Source: Girardia tigrina
Lineage: Eukaryota
Assembly: GCA_001938485.1 (NCBI GenBank)
Contig: MQRK01227907.1
Location: 49,577 to 113,576 of the forward strand
DNA length: 64,000 nt
Reading direction: 5' to 3'
The translations under genes were made by a program, and so were the position numbers. Below the pieces are notes generated by a model that saw only the letters and a program-made list of their open reading frames with translations, was not told where the DNA came from and did not search any database. The first letter of the stretch is position 1. Each line of letters begins with the position of its first letter. Below, in pieces: positions 50,056-62,969 of the stretch.

Positions 50056-51624
50056 TTGCACAACATTTTGTTTTAAAATATATAAATAAATACTTTATGG
50101 ATTTCTTTAGTTATAATTTTTTTAAATATTACATTTATACGAATTATTAGACGATCATTTTTACAATTAAACAAAAAATCTTTTCAACCTTTTGATGCTT
50201 ATAAAAAACTGGTGAAGTGTAAACGATAAAAGATATAATAATATTAATTTAGAGGATAATATGTGACCGAAATTCTTTTAATTATAAGTAGAAAATAGAT
50301 TAACCCCTTGAGGACCTTTACGGTCAGATCGGGCCATAAGCTTTTTTTTGAATAACTTTTGAACTTAACCAAATGTTACAACATCCGATAGCTCAATTAG
50401 TATTATAAAATCGTGAAACGAAATCTTTCATCCCTTGCACAACTTTAAAATTAAGAAATGTATACAAAAAACCTTCATTATGTCTCTTTCACTTTTTTCA
50501 TATTTTTAGAAATCTTTGCAATGTGGGAACAAATTTAGAAGTTAAACCAAAATTCAATTTTAAAACTTAAAAAATTCATGGAAACTGACAAACTAAATAT
50601 TCATAAAAGGCTTAGTATACAGCTGTGGGGTTAATCAATTCTTATTTTATTACAGATAAAATAACTGAATCATTAACTTTGTTATTTATTTTATATTATA
50701 TTTTTTAAATTGATAAAACCTCAGTTTCTGTAGAAAAACAAATCAGCTAATGTCAAATGGACAGAAAACCCCTTAAAAGTTTTATTTACTTAAATACAAG
50801 CTGTAATTAGAGTAAACCCTAATATTTTATTTAGAATAATTTTATAAGTATAACCCGCATATGTTCGAGACATGACAATATTTGTTTTTAGCGAAAAAAA
50901 TGTTAAATTATTGCGTTTTTCTATAAGTTACCAAGTTGTTTATGCGATACTTATTCTTGCCGTTTTGTCTTCTTTTAAGCAAAGTGTAAATACCCATTCA
51001 AAGATTCTTGATCATTTTTTCTAAGAAACTTAATTTTACTTTAATTTTAAGGTACACAGATGAAAAATCAAGGTGAGAAAATAATTATCTTCGACACTAT
51101 GTACACTATGTAAAAAGTAGTACAAAACGAAGGGGTGACCAGGAACCTCTACCGGGATCATAAATTGGAGGAGACAGAAGAAATTGGGGAACTGACAATG
51201 ACACCAGTGCAAACCAGTACAACAAATACCACATAAGAAAGAGTCGTAGAAAACCTCAACATTCCAGGCAACCAGATTCAATCCGTGACGGACCCCCCGA
51301 CTATCTCGACGGCGGTGGAAGAAGCGATAGGTACTGAAGAAACACATCTGACTTTTAGGATTGCAGATCTAATTGCAAGGGGGGAGTTCAGATGTCCCTT
51401 TCCCGGCTGTACGAAGTCCACGAATACAGCCAAAGGTATGCAGAACCATGGCTATACAACCCATGGGTGGTCGTTTCTCACAGGGAAGCCGAAAAGATCT
51501 CGGAGACCGAAACTATCCGACCCCGTAGGAGGCCTATCGGGGGGCTGCTAGTGATTCTTTAGTTTGGGTGGACCCTCTAAAGAGCCTAGAGGCTCAATAC
51601 CATTCGAAAGAGATGGGAGGCCCA
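49182..51624. repeat. Right arm of the inverted duplication (probably mis-assembled)
   Basis: Reverse complement of 43621-46063. It starts exactly at the gap edge. Confidence 0.9.
49218..49260 (+). ncRNA. Hammerhead HHR7 (duplicate of HHR6, possibly artefactual)
   Basis: Identical to HHR6 and lies inside the duplicated arm. Confidence 0.6.
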
Positions 51625-52614
51625 CATTGGAGAGACAAATCGTCTCTGAAAACCTGAATTAGAAAAAATTCAGAAAGCTTTAACAAAATTAATTTTCAGA
51701 TATATATTTTTTCTCCAAAACTAAGAAGAATCTTGAATAATTAATACAAAAAATTTATTAAGAAAATTCCAAATAATAAAACTAAAAAAGAAAATAACCA
51801 AAATATAGAAATCACGTTCGTAGATGTTGAAAAAATATTCTTTTAAAATATGAAGTGTAAAAAAACTCATTGAAAACTTTCAAACGTCTCGTCGAAATAT
51901 AATCACTGGTCGTCCGTTTTTTTGAGTCATTTTTCTTTGTTTGTTTGCACTTATACCAATAATGTATTTTAAAACCAGATAATAAAATTTTTTATTGCAA
52001 TATATAGACATAAACGATAGAAGTATAACCACCTTAGCCCTAATTTGAGTCAAGTGGGTAGGGCCCATGAATCATGAAATGGGCTGTCATTGTGACTTTC
52101 AAGAGTGGTTTTAATCTTCAATCATTCAGTGGCCGTCATTGTCGTCAACAAATTTTATACATATGTCAGATAAAATATGGCTTATGTCTGGTACGGGCTA
52201 CTTATTCTATATCAAGAAAACAATCTATTAAATTTTTTTTTTCAATTTTTCGATAGAAAATTTATACTTCTAATAATAAAAATAATATCGAATTCGTTTT
52301 GAATGACTTGAAATAGTTAATTTATTTGTTTAGAAAAACAACACAGTATTGTACTAAAAATATTATTTAATATTATTAAAAAAATTAATATTTTTGAATT
52401 TATTAATTATTATTATTTGTTTTTCTTTCATTATATTGATAAATTATATTTTAATCAGATTATTTAAATAAAATCGATGTTGGGGAATTTCAACACGTCA
52501 TTAAAAATATTAAAAATTTAGATAAATATTTTTTTTGTTTTATTAAACTTAAATATAAAATTATATATATATTAGGTAAATATTAAACTAATTTTATAGT
52601 ATAAATATTCCAAC

Positions 52615-52903
52615 CTCCTCCCGATTTGAGTGTTAAATATACAAATTTTGTTTCCGGTGAATTCGATCGAACAAGCACTGAGCAAATGTAAGTTCCGGTA
52701 TCCGCCTTACCGATGTTTTCCAATTTCAGATTGTTGACATAAAAATTTACATTATTATTGTTGTTGTTGTTGTTCAATGTTCCTTCGTTGTTGACGTGCT
52801 CAAGATCCAAAGACCCTTGTAACATTCGATAATGATTTCCTTCCCACATAATTGTGGAAGACGAATCCGGTGCCACTTCATTCTTTTCCAACTTTTTACC
52901 CCA
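52615..52903 (-). CDS. FGFRL/ndk-like receptor, Ig domain 2 C-half exon
   Basis: tttcag|TGG at 52903 (phase 0) and GGAG|gttgga at 52615 (phase 1). Encodes WGKKLEK...WEGNHY...NLKLENIGKADTGTYICSVLV...FVYLTLK, with a canonical DxGxYxC. Confidence 0.88.
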
Positions 52904-53188
52904 CTGAAATTTAAAAGATAATAAAACGTTGAAAAATAGTCACGTATTTAATTATCCAAATTTAATATTAACAATTTTGTATTACTAATTAAACCGTATT
53001 TTTATTACTTAAGTTTAATAAAATGTGTGTAGTGATATACTATATGATACAAATAATATAATTTATGATGATTAAATTAACAAGATTCTACACGAAAATC
53101 TTTCAAAATTTGTGAAAAGATTATTTATTTTGATATTAATATTTTAAATATGAAATAAAGGTCTTTAAACATATTAGCCTAAAACGTC

Positions 53189-53720
53189 ATTTCATTTATA
53201 CAAGAATGTAGGACAAAACTGTGCTAATAGGACAGGCATTGACTGCTATTAAGTTATTAGATTGGAACGACAGTTTTGTCGGTAAAATATCTATTAATTG
53301 AATTTTGTCTTATATGGATTTCATGTCTTATATATTCTTAGGAACTTTTTTGATATATTATTCTCATTGTATAGTCTTTTCTATAACAAGTTATCGATTT
53401 TAGGAAAAGCGTCAGGTGGGTTGTTTTCGATAACCAAAAACATAAAATCCAGGTCAACCTAGAAAACGGACATCTCGTAGTAATCTGTAATAAAAAAAGT
53501 GATGTTGTGCATTTGATGGATGGTAGGGACCTGTTCACTAGGAACTCCTTCCGCACGATCATAATATCACCTCTGAAGTTTATTGCACTCAATTAGACCT
53601 TGTTTAGGTCACTGTGTTTTTGTGTTATCAACACAGTTTGTGTTTGCTTTCACTTGTAATTTGGATTGGATGTTCATAAGCATTCACATATAGCCCAGAC
53701 GTTACCCCATCTTATTATCA
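53189..53720 (-). mobile_element. Decayed Gypsy integrase fragment; 53189-53566 is copied to 58931-59306
   Basis: SAINFRGDI..KEFLVNR, then frameshifted PYHPS (compare SDNGxxF...PYHPQSNG). Confidence 0.45.
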
Positions 53721-56452
53721 CCTTTTCGTTAAAGAAGAATAATAAAAGTAATGGCGACTACATTAACGAAAACAAACCATTTTTATTATAAAATTTTGGG
53801 TTTAATAAAATATTAATTTACTGACAAAACTTTTATTCCAACCTGATAAATAAAAGTTTTTATATATAATTAAAAAAATATTAACAAAGTAAACAATAAA
53901 AAACAATTCCTAAAAGATTTATTAGAATGAAAACAGTATAATCGTTATTTGGTGGGAAAATAGGCAATAATTACATTTATATATATTAAATATCAATGGA
54001 TGTTGTTTCACTACACAAAAAGCGTTCGATAAAGTGTGAGTAAACACAAAGTTTTTCTAGATTATGAATTTAATTGAAGTTATTTTTAAATTTTATTTTA
54101 TTTTTTATTTTAAAATCAAAATATTTTTTTAAGAAAAGGAAGACACAGTACCATTAGCAAGAGAGGGTGTACTAGAATCAAAAATGTTATTTTAGAAGAT
54201 TAATAATAATGGCCATTGGCGATGAAGGCTTTCAAAGAGGCTTGGTGTTTATTATTGGTTTCGATGATCGTAAAAAAGGATTTAAAAGAGGATTCTTAAC
54301 AAGAGGAAATTATTTAGAAATTATATGAATTAAATAAGTCAATTTCGAATCTTCAATTTATCCCATTAGCATTAGGCAAAAGCCACTTCAAATTAAAAAC
54401 CTTATATAAAGATAAATATTGAGTATTATGAATGATAGGTATACTACTTTGATCATTGCTAAACTAGCATATCCATTAAGATGCAGTTTTTTTGTTAAGA
54501 CTCATAAAAAAACAGTGCCGACAATTATCATTATTATTTTTCGGTATTATATTTCAGTTTAGAATTACGATTAATCCTCTTTGATAAAAATATTGACAAT
54601 AACAAATGATAATGAAGAATGACGAAGAAAATGTAGAGTAGAAATCGATACATGATATTAACTGTTATTATGTGATAAATATTTTTTAACCAATAAAAAG
54701 AAAGAAAATTAATAATTATGTTGATAATTTTATTAGTTCAAAAATATATTATTAAAGATGATAAAATCCAGAACCAAATGATATTTATAAAATAAACAGT
54801 TAATATGTAAGTTACTAACAGTTTGTAAAATGAAATGATTGTGACATCTCTGTTCGATATGACTCCTTGAATATTTGGATTAAAATGTTCAAAAAGGGTC
54901 TGGATGAATTTTTCAGTAATAAAAATTGTTAGATTTATTTTAGAAAATTGTTCCATATAAAGACTTCTCAGGACACCATTGAAAATGACTATCGTAATTT
55001 TGTAAACTAATTTTGCTTGAATTAATTGTCTCTATTTTTTATTAGATTTAAATTTGTTTGTTAGTATCGTTTATAGGAATTTGGATGTTTAATAATTACT
55101 TTGTAATTTTTTATACAACAATGATATGATGGGTTAGTATAGTGATAAATGGTCTAATAACAATTTTATTAGAATATAGTAATATTATATTATAAAAATT
55201 TTTTTCATACTTCTATTAAAATATATAAACTGTTATGACTGTAAAAATATTTTTATTTATAAATAAATATTTAATATTTAATGGTTTTCTTATCATTTAT
55301 AATTTTAAGATATTTAATGGATACAATAAAAAGATATTTTTTACTTTTAAATATATATTTAATTTTTTTATGATTTTCTTTTATTATATCATTTTTAATT
55401 TTAAAATATTTCCAAGCATATTAACATTAAAATATTTTACCTTTTAAATTAAAAAAATAATAAATTATTCTGGCGAGATACAAATTTAAATTAACCCTTC
55501 ATAATATATATATAATGTATATATAAGTGACTAGGTCACTACATAATTATTAATATTTTATTATCGTTTTGGTGATATTATTAATTTCTGTAATATAATA
55601 TTTTTGCTTCATAATATCTTAAAAATTTCTGTCTTTCAACGTTTTTGTCTCCTCTGCATTTCTAACCTTTGTTAATATTTTCCTTTATTAGTTTTATCTT
55701 TTTTCTTTTTGTTTTCTGATATCATTCAGGGAATGAAAAATAGATATATGAGTTATGCATTTCAGTAATTATACCATATTTTATGTATCCAATATTGCCT
55801 TTTCAGATAAAAATTAAAAATACATCTTCAAATATTCTTCTAATTAATGACAATTTTCTGATTCACTTTATTATGTAGAAATGGAAGAGACATGAATATA
55901 TAAACAGTTAATGTATAAATTAAGTTTATGTATAAATACTTTTGTATAAATTAAGAAATAAAAGTGACTTATGTTATACATTAACCCATATAATTCATGT
56001 TAAATAAAATTAAATGAATAAATCATTTATTTATAAATGTTTATAATAATTACTATTATAATTATAATCGTTATTAAAAACCGACAATTTTGTTAAAAAT
56101 TAAAACTAGTTAAAAAGCCCAAATAAAAGATAACTCCGCGAAATATTAACATAATAAATTTATTTATTTTTTAAAATTATTTTCTTTTAATATTACATTA
56201 TTTTTATTTCCCAGGTTGGTGGTTGTAGATTATTTACCAAAAAAAATAAATTCGAATCTTTCTTTTCAACAGATCTGATAGCAAAAAAACACGAAATAAA
56301 AATAATGTTTCATAGAGTAAACAAAAACAGAATTGAAAATAAACAATAAATTTTTTTTGTTCTTTTAAATAAACCCTAATTTTGTTTCATGAAATTGATA
56401 CTAAATTTTCTATTTATTTTTTTTTATAAAAAAAATATTAATAAAATATTAC

Positions 56453-56565
56453 TTTCGGTTTTGAAAGCGAATTCGAAGCTTTACATGATAAAGAATGAGT
56501 ACTCCCAAGAGCTATAGAGATATTCTGAACCAAAGGTCCTTCAATAGAACTGTTTGCTTTGGCTT
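56453..56565 (-). CDS. FGFRL/ndk-like receptor, Ig domain 2 N-half exon (absent from ORF track)
   Basis: ttcag|AA at 56565 (phase 1, matches upstream donor) and CCGAAA|gtaata at 56453 (phase 0). Encodes EAKANSSIEGPLVQNISIALGSTHSLSCKASNSLSKPK, comparable to the start of FGFRL1 D3 (N-x-S/T...G-x-T-x-x-x-x-C-K). Confidence 0.85.
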
Positions 56566-56817
56566 CTGAACAGAAATTATTATTATTTTATTGACATATT
56601 AAAATTACTTTTCTATTAACAATAGATCTTTATCAAGGTCTATGTCTTGTTTTACAAACGAAAATATATTTTCAAAGCTACCAAAGTAATGAAAGTCAAC
56701 AAAAGTCAGTGATGGCTAAAGTGATTTACAGGAATAATTTTTTTTATCTCTAACATCTTCAAAACCTTCAAATGTCAGGGTTTGATTTATCAAACAATCC
56801 AAATGAAACCATAAATA

Positions 56818-57595
56818 TTGGGTTGTTCGGAAAGTAATTTTGTTTTTTTCCCGACAGAGGATTTAATTGTATTTTTTTATTCCAACTTTACACTTACGTC
56901 GCATAATCATTATATGTTTTGAGAGGTGATATAGCAAGGCTCGTAAGTGAAAAGTTAAATTGATTTTACGTAGTAGTTTTTTGTATCTCTCCTTTTAAAT
57001 ATGGAGAGCAATAAGCAGCATTTTCGTCTTTTTTTACTTTTTTACTATACAAATGGTAAAAATGCTATTTAAACCAGAAAGAAATTAACCAATGTGTATG
57101 GAGAATGTGTAGGCAATATGCTAGTGCCAGAACTGGTTTGCAAAATTTCGATCCGGGAATTTTTATGTCGAAGATGCAACACGTTCTGGAAGGCCAGTTG
57201 AAGTTGATAAAGAGACGAAAAATACATTAGCTTATGCAAACCGACGAAAAACAACACGTGAGATCACTGAGAGGTTAAATTTATTGAATTCAACTATTTT
57301 TGACCACCTGAAAGGCCTATGTTTAACCTCGAAGCTCGATATTTGGGTTTCCCATGTCCTTACGGAGATAAATTTGTGTCGTATCGTTGGCGTCTGTGAT
57401 TCACTTCTCAAACGTGAGGGAAGATGATCCATTTTTGAAGAGCATCATTACTGGAGACGAAAAATGAGTTGTATATAACAATGTCAAACGCAAGGGATCA
57501 TGGAGCAGAAAAGATGAAACGACTCATTTCGAAAGCATATATCCATAAAAAAAGTGATGCTATCGACAAACGAAATTACTTTCCGTACAACCCAA
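56818..57595 (+). mobile_element. Internally deleted mariner (cecropia-like) with both TIRs
   Basis: TA|TTGGGTTGTTCGGAAAGTAATTT...AAATTACTTTCCGTACAACCCAA|TA. Coding remnants MESNKQHFR..DIWVSHVL..IITGDEK. Confidence 0.9.
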
Positions 57596-57789
57596 TAGAT
57601 GTACTACAAAATTAAAATAATAATTTTGAAATTGATGAATTCAATTATTATAGGAATGGAAGTAGACAAGTCTTTTTAGAAGATTGATTCAATGGTAGAG
57701 AAATTATTGTTTAATAAATGGAATAAAAAAGAATTAACTTCTATTTTATCTTGCAATCAATTATATAAATGTTGCAATCAATAAAATAG

Positions 57790-58100
57790 CGATACGGAAA
57801 TAATAAATAACATATCCAATTTCCATAATAGACAACGTCAAAATTCACCATTATCGCGAGCTTGCATAAGATGAGGAAGTTGTGCGTCTTGAATCCAATA
57901 GAATACGTTTTTTCTGTTTGAAAAAATTGGGTAATTCGAGGTGTTACCAAAAATAAAAATGAACTTCGAGGTCTTATTTCGGAAAAAAACTTGATGAAAT
58001 AACCCCTAAACATTGCGGAGGATTCTACAGAATAATTTTGGATAACTAGATTCGCTCACTAGCAAGGAAAATTAGATGATATTATTAAGAACATTTAGAC
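57790..58100 (+). mobile_element. Tc1/IS630-like DDE transposase remnant
   Basis: IIDNVKIHH...LNPIEYVFSV*KN... Confidence 0.6.
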
Positions 58101-58595
58101 AAGTCGCGTTTGAATATTTATTACAATCACATTTAGAGTCATTATGACTCTCAGAAAGTCTTTCATCGTTTGTCATCATTCTAATTGGTTTTCTTATTTT
58201 TCTTTTTAATCATGATTATTCGAACAATTTTTCTAGGTCATTCTTTTAAATATATTAATTAATATTAATTAAAAATAATAAATTTTACCATTTCTTAATA
58301 AATCCCAAAATAAGAAAAATGTCATCAAATTATTAAAAATCCATTTAATTTAAATTTTACCAAAAATATTAAACTTAATTTTAATTGTTAAATTAAAAAA
58401 ATATGAACCTATGAAATGATTATTTTAATTATGTTCGAATAGTCAATCACTGTAAATATAAAAAATACCAATTTCCATCTGGATGGAGAATCACCATTCT
58501 AAATTCAATATACTTAAATCAACATACATTTACACATTCAAATAAATTAAAATATTCCTCACAGATATGAAGTTTCGTTTTTTTGCTCAATTTTT

Positions 58596-59643
58596 GATTT
58601 TCAGTAAAAAATTTTATATAGTTACAACAATTTTGGTTTTTATAATTTGTATATATTTTTTCTTTTTACGTAAAGTAATAATAAAATGAAATTTAATAAA
58701 AAAAATTTTATATTAAATTTATAAATTTTAAAAATTTATTATTTCCGTATCGTTATTTTATTGATTGCATTATTTCATAGATCGTAAAACCCCTATAATT
58801 TTGAAGCCAGAGATTGGAAGTAATATTCTCCAAGTTTAGAATACCATATAAAAATAAATTTTTTCATTCTCAAAAGGATGTTTGAAGAAATTTAATATTA
58901 TTTTTGTTTTCAAAGAATTATAAACTTACTATTTCATTTATACAAGAATGTAGGACAAAACTGTGCTAATAGGACAGCATTGACTACTATTAAGTTATTA
59001 GATTGGAACGACAGTTTTGTCGGTAAAATATCTATTAATTGAATTTTGTCTTATATGGATTTCATGTCTTATATATTCTTAGGAACTTTTTGATATATTA
59101 TTCTCATTGTATAGTCTTTTCTATAACAAGTTATCGATTTTAGGAAAAGCGTCAGGTGGGTTGTTTTCGATAACCAAAAACATAAAATCCAGGTCAACCT
59201 AGAAAACGGACATCTCGTAGTAATCTGTAATAAAAAAAGTGATGTTGTGCATTTGATGGATGGTAGGTACCTGTTCACTAGGAACTCCTTCCGCACGATC
59301 ATAATAAGATTTTCAGTAAAAAATTTTATATAGTTACAACAATTTTGGTTTTTATAATTTGTATATATTTTTTCTTTTTACGTAAAGTAATAATAAAATG
59401 AAATTTAATAAAAAAAATTTTATATTAAATTTATAAATTTTAAAAATTTATTATTTCCGTATCGTTATTTTATTGATTGCATTATTTCATAGATCGTAAA
59501 ACCCCTATAATTTTGAAGCCAGAGATTGGAAGTAATATTCTCCAAGTTTAGAATACCATATAAAAATAAATTTTTTCATTCTCAAAAGGATGTTTGAAGA
59601 AATTTAATATTATTTTTGTTTTCAAAGAATTATAAACTTACTA
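58596..59643 (+). repeat. A-B-A duplication (A = 336 bp twice; B = copy of 53189-53566)
   Basis: A occurs at 58596-58931 and 59308-59643. B occurs at 58931-59306. Confidence 0.9.
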
Positions 59644-62373
59644 AGTCAGTTTTATTCATTGTTATAATGTAACAAATAAAATTTTAATTGTTTTTAGTAT
59701 TATCATTTATTATTGATAAATGTTTCTTCCGTAATCTTTTGTTTTCCACATCTGTTGAGCCTTTAATTATTTAAAAATAGTTTATTAATGTTTATATATC
59801 AACGAAATTCGATGTACTTATATTATATTATTTTAAAAACCATCTAAAATAAAAAAAATGATTTTATATATTAATATGAATTTATATAAATTAATAATAA
59901 CCGTAATTATTATTTTTATTTATTTTTTTCTAAAAAAATGTAATTCAATCTTGAGAATCTTTAATTTCACGTCTTGTAAAGCAGCCTGATTGTTTTAATC
60001 AGACTTTCTATTTTGTTTAAATGAGATCTAATTAATGAGAAACGTTTAATAAGGTTTCAAACTTAGAGGTATCGAGTTCTCGACGATAATAAGACAGTAC
60101 AAGAGAAATTATTAAAAAGAAATAACAATAATAAATAATTGTAATTTGATACCGCCAAGTCGACATCACTGCAATCGACGACAGAATAATAATAATAATG
60201 ATAATAATAAAAATAATATTTGACAGGACCGGGTTGGACATATCTGATAACCGATTGTAGAGCATAATCGCTGTGTTGAAACATGACAAACTTCTTGGAT
60301 TTAGCGAAACGAAAAAAAAAACGAAACGAAAACAGAGTATGAAAGACCGGTACGTCCCGATTTCAGATATCAAAATATCGTGCTTTTGTCTCGGATATCA
60401 ATCATTCTTCTCTCGATATTGAATTAATTTGACAATCTTCGTTGGAATATATCGTTAAATGATTCATGATTTATCCATTATCAAGCCGGCCATGATGGAG
60501 CAAACGTTCTCTTTTTTCAATTTTAATATCATTCTTATTTTTCGTTTGTTATTCCTTCGATAATTAGAAAGAAAAAAATGTAAAATTTTTGTTATAAAAA
60601 AAATCATAAGAAAAAATTAAAAATAAATGTAAATGTTATGGTTATCGGTTGAAGTTGTTAAAATCGGTGAATTTTTTTAATTTTATTAAAATATAATTAA
60701 TTTTATTATTATATAATTAATGATAATTTGGGTAAATTTCGACCTGGATGAAGGAAAAAAAATTACAAATAAAATAAATCTCTATTTGCGTTTTTCATGA
60801 CACTTAATAATATCTCACTGTTGACTTTATTTATATTTTTGAGGCATGATTTTTGACTAGATATCCAAATGAAGCCAGGAGTTAAAATATTTGGTCTATA
60901 AAATGACTCTGTCTTTTTTTTAACATTTGTTGTTAGTCTTAATACTTGTGTTCTAAGAATATGGCAAAATATAAAAAAAATCCCAACAAAACAGCATTCG
61001 TGGAAGGTTTTACGTCATTTTTTGAAGCACTTTACGATGAATGCAACTTGAAGTGAGTTTAATTATTGCAACTGGTTAAAAATAGTGATTTCGACATATA
61101 AGTCAAATAATTTTATAAAAATATCATGACTAAGCATTAAAGGGTGAAGATTTGAAAGTCGTACTGGTCAAACTGAAAAATGTTTGTCAACAAAAGGACA
61201 TTGTTAATCAGGTGTTTATTATGGATTATGTCAGAATATTCATTATTCTGAATTTAAAGAGCTTAATTTTGCGATTTAATACTTCGCCAATTATTCACCT
61301 TTTTAAAACCAAATAGATAATTGTTTCTCGAAGTGGAAAAACCATGTTGTTCACAATTGTGCCAAAAACGAAGAACAATTGAAAAAGTTGATTGAAGAAA
61401 GGTTTGTGGTAATTAATGCATTTGACTGTGATGAATATTTTATGAAGAAGCATAGATAAGTCATGAAAACTGAAAAGAGAAGCGATTCTTGAATATTTTT
61501 TTAAAATTTTTTCCTTGTATATTTTTTTCAATTTTTATTGGAAAATTGATTGCTAAAATTGGAAAAACACCCTGATCAAAACATCCAGATCAAACACCCT
61601 ATAAATATCATTGGTTTTTTAAATTGAAGGTGACTTTACTTTGACAATTTTAAAGGTTAACTTATGAAATAGATTTTGCTTCTCTTTACGTGGAATCTGG
61701 CGATTTTCGGCATGATGACAGAAGATTGAAACATCTAAAGCCTCACTTCTCATTAATGTTGTTTTTATTTTATGAATAAAAAATTATGCTTTATTTACTT
61801 AAAAATAAATATAGAATCATTATTTATAGACTAACACTTATTCTAATCTTTATGGATGTAAAATAGCAGACTGAACAAATTAAAGTTCAATGAACTCTTA
61901 ACTATAGAATTAAATAAATATGGAAAATAGTACATTTTAATATAGGAAATTTTATAACAAATTATTATATAAAAACAAATAGATAAACAAATAGTAAGAA
62001 TACTGGCTTTGAAGATTGAATAATTCTGAGTAATTCAATCAAATAGTTGAGGCGAAATAGATAATACCGGGGTAATTAGCTAGTAACAAAAGAACATCGA
62101 CAATAGAGTTTAGCAAATTGTTGTTATAGATAACAGCAATAAATAACCCAAAAGTATTGAATCAATGAAGTAAACTAAAAGATTTGGAAGGCGAATTGTT
62201 GACGAAATCGGAATTGATATTTTACTTCTTTATTCTTTTGATTTGTTCGCAATTGGAGTTTTGTTTCTAATTCTGACAATATCCGTTGTAAAGAGATGTT
62301 AATGTTAATTCCATGGTACCATAAATCTGAAATTTGGAATCGATTTTTTTAATCGATGTAGTTTTATAATCTC

Positions 62374-62411
<38 letters not shown>

Positions 62412-62969
62412 CTTATATAAAAAATATATGCTTGTGTCTGGGTCACTACAATGGGATACGAAAACAAAGTTCCTTTCGATAATCTTCCATATTTTAAAAT
62501 ATTATAATTCTAGGGTTAATATAAACTGTTTTTAATTAAATAATTAAACAAATTAAATTAAGAGTAATTTAAATTATTTTGCAGTCTCCGTTACATACAT
62601 CAGAAATATAAAACTAAAAAATGAAAAAAACAACGTAAAGGCTAAAGAAAGAAATAAAAAAACTCTCTTCTGAAAATCATCTATTAAATAATGATGATTG
62701 AGAGTTATTTCTATTCATAAATTATAAACATATCCTTGTAAGGGTCAATAAAAAACAAAATAAAAATGTTAGTGTTACATTAAATTTTAATAAAAAAATT
62801 AATCACCAAACCATGCAAAATTAAAGAAATACACGATATTTTTGTTAAAGGTAATAAAAGTTAGATGTTATTTGCCAACTAATTAACAAATTTTACTTCT
62901 TTTATTGTCTTTTAAGTAAACTGAGATGAAAAGAATAAATAAAAAGATAAAACAAAACCAATATTTTAC

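Noticed and set aside
51560-51624. LINE 3' multibranch structure as a ribozyme or tRNA
   Set aside because: CUAAAGA and UCAAUA do not match the hammerhead core, and there are no tRNA D/T-loop consensus motifs.
62175-62326. Possible alternative phase-1 exon (ttcag|AT..DLWYHG..) just downstream of the Ig1 exon
   Set aside because: It stops after about 50 codons, has no domain similarity and a weak pyrimidine tract. The Ig1 exon already joins 56565 in frame.
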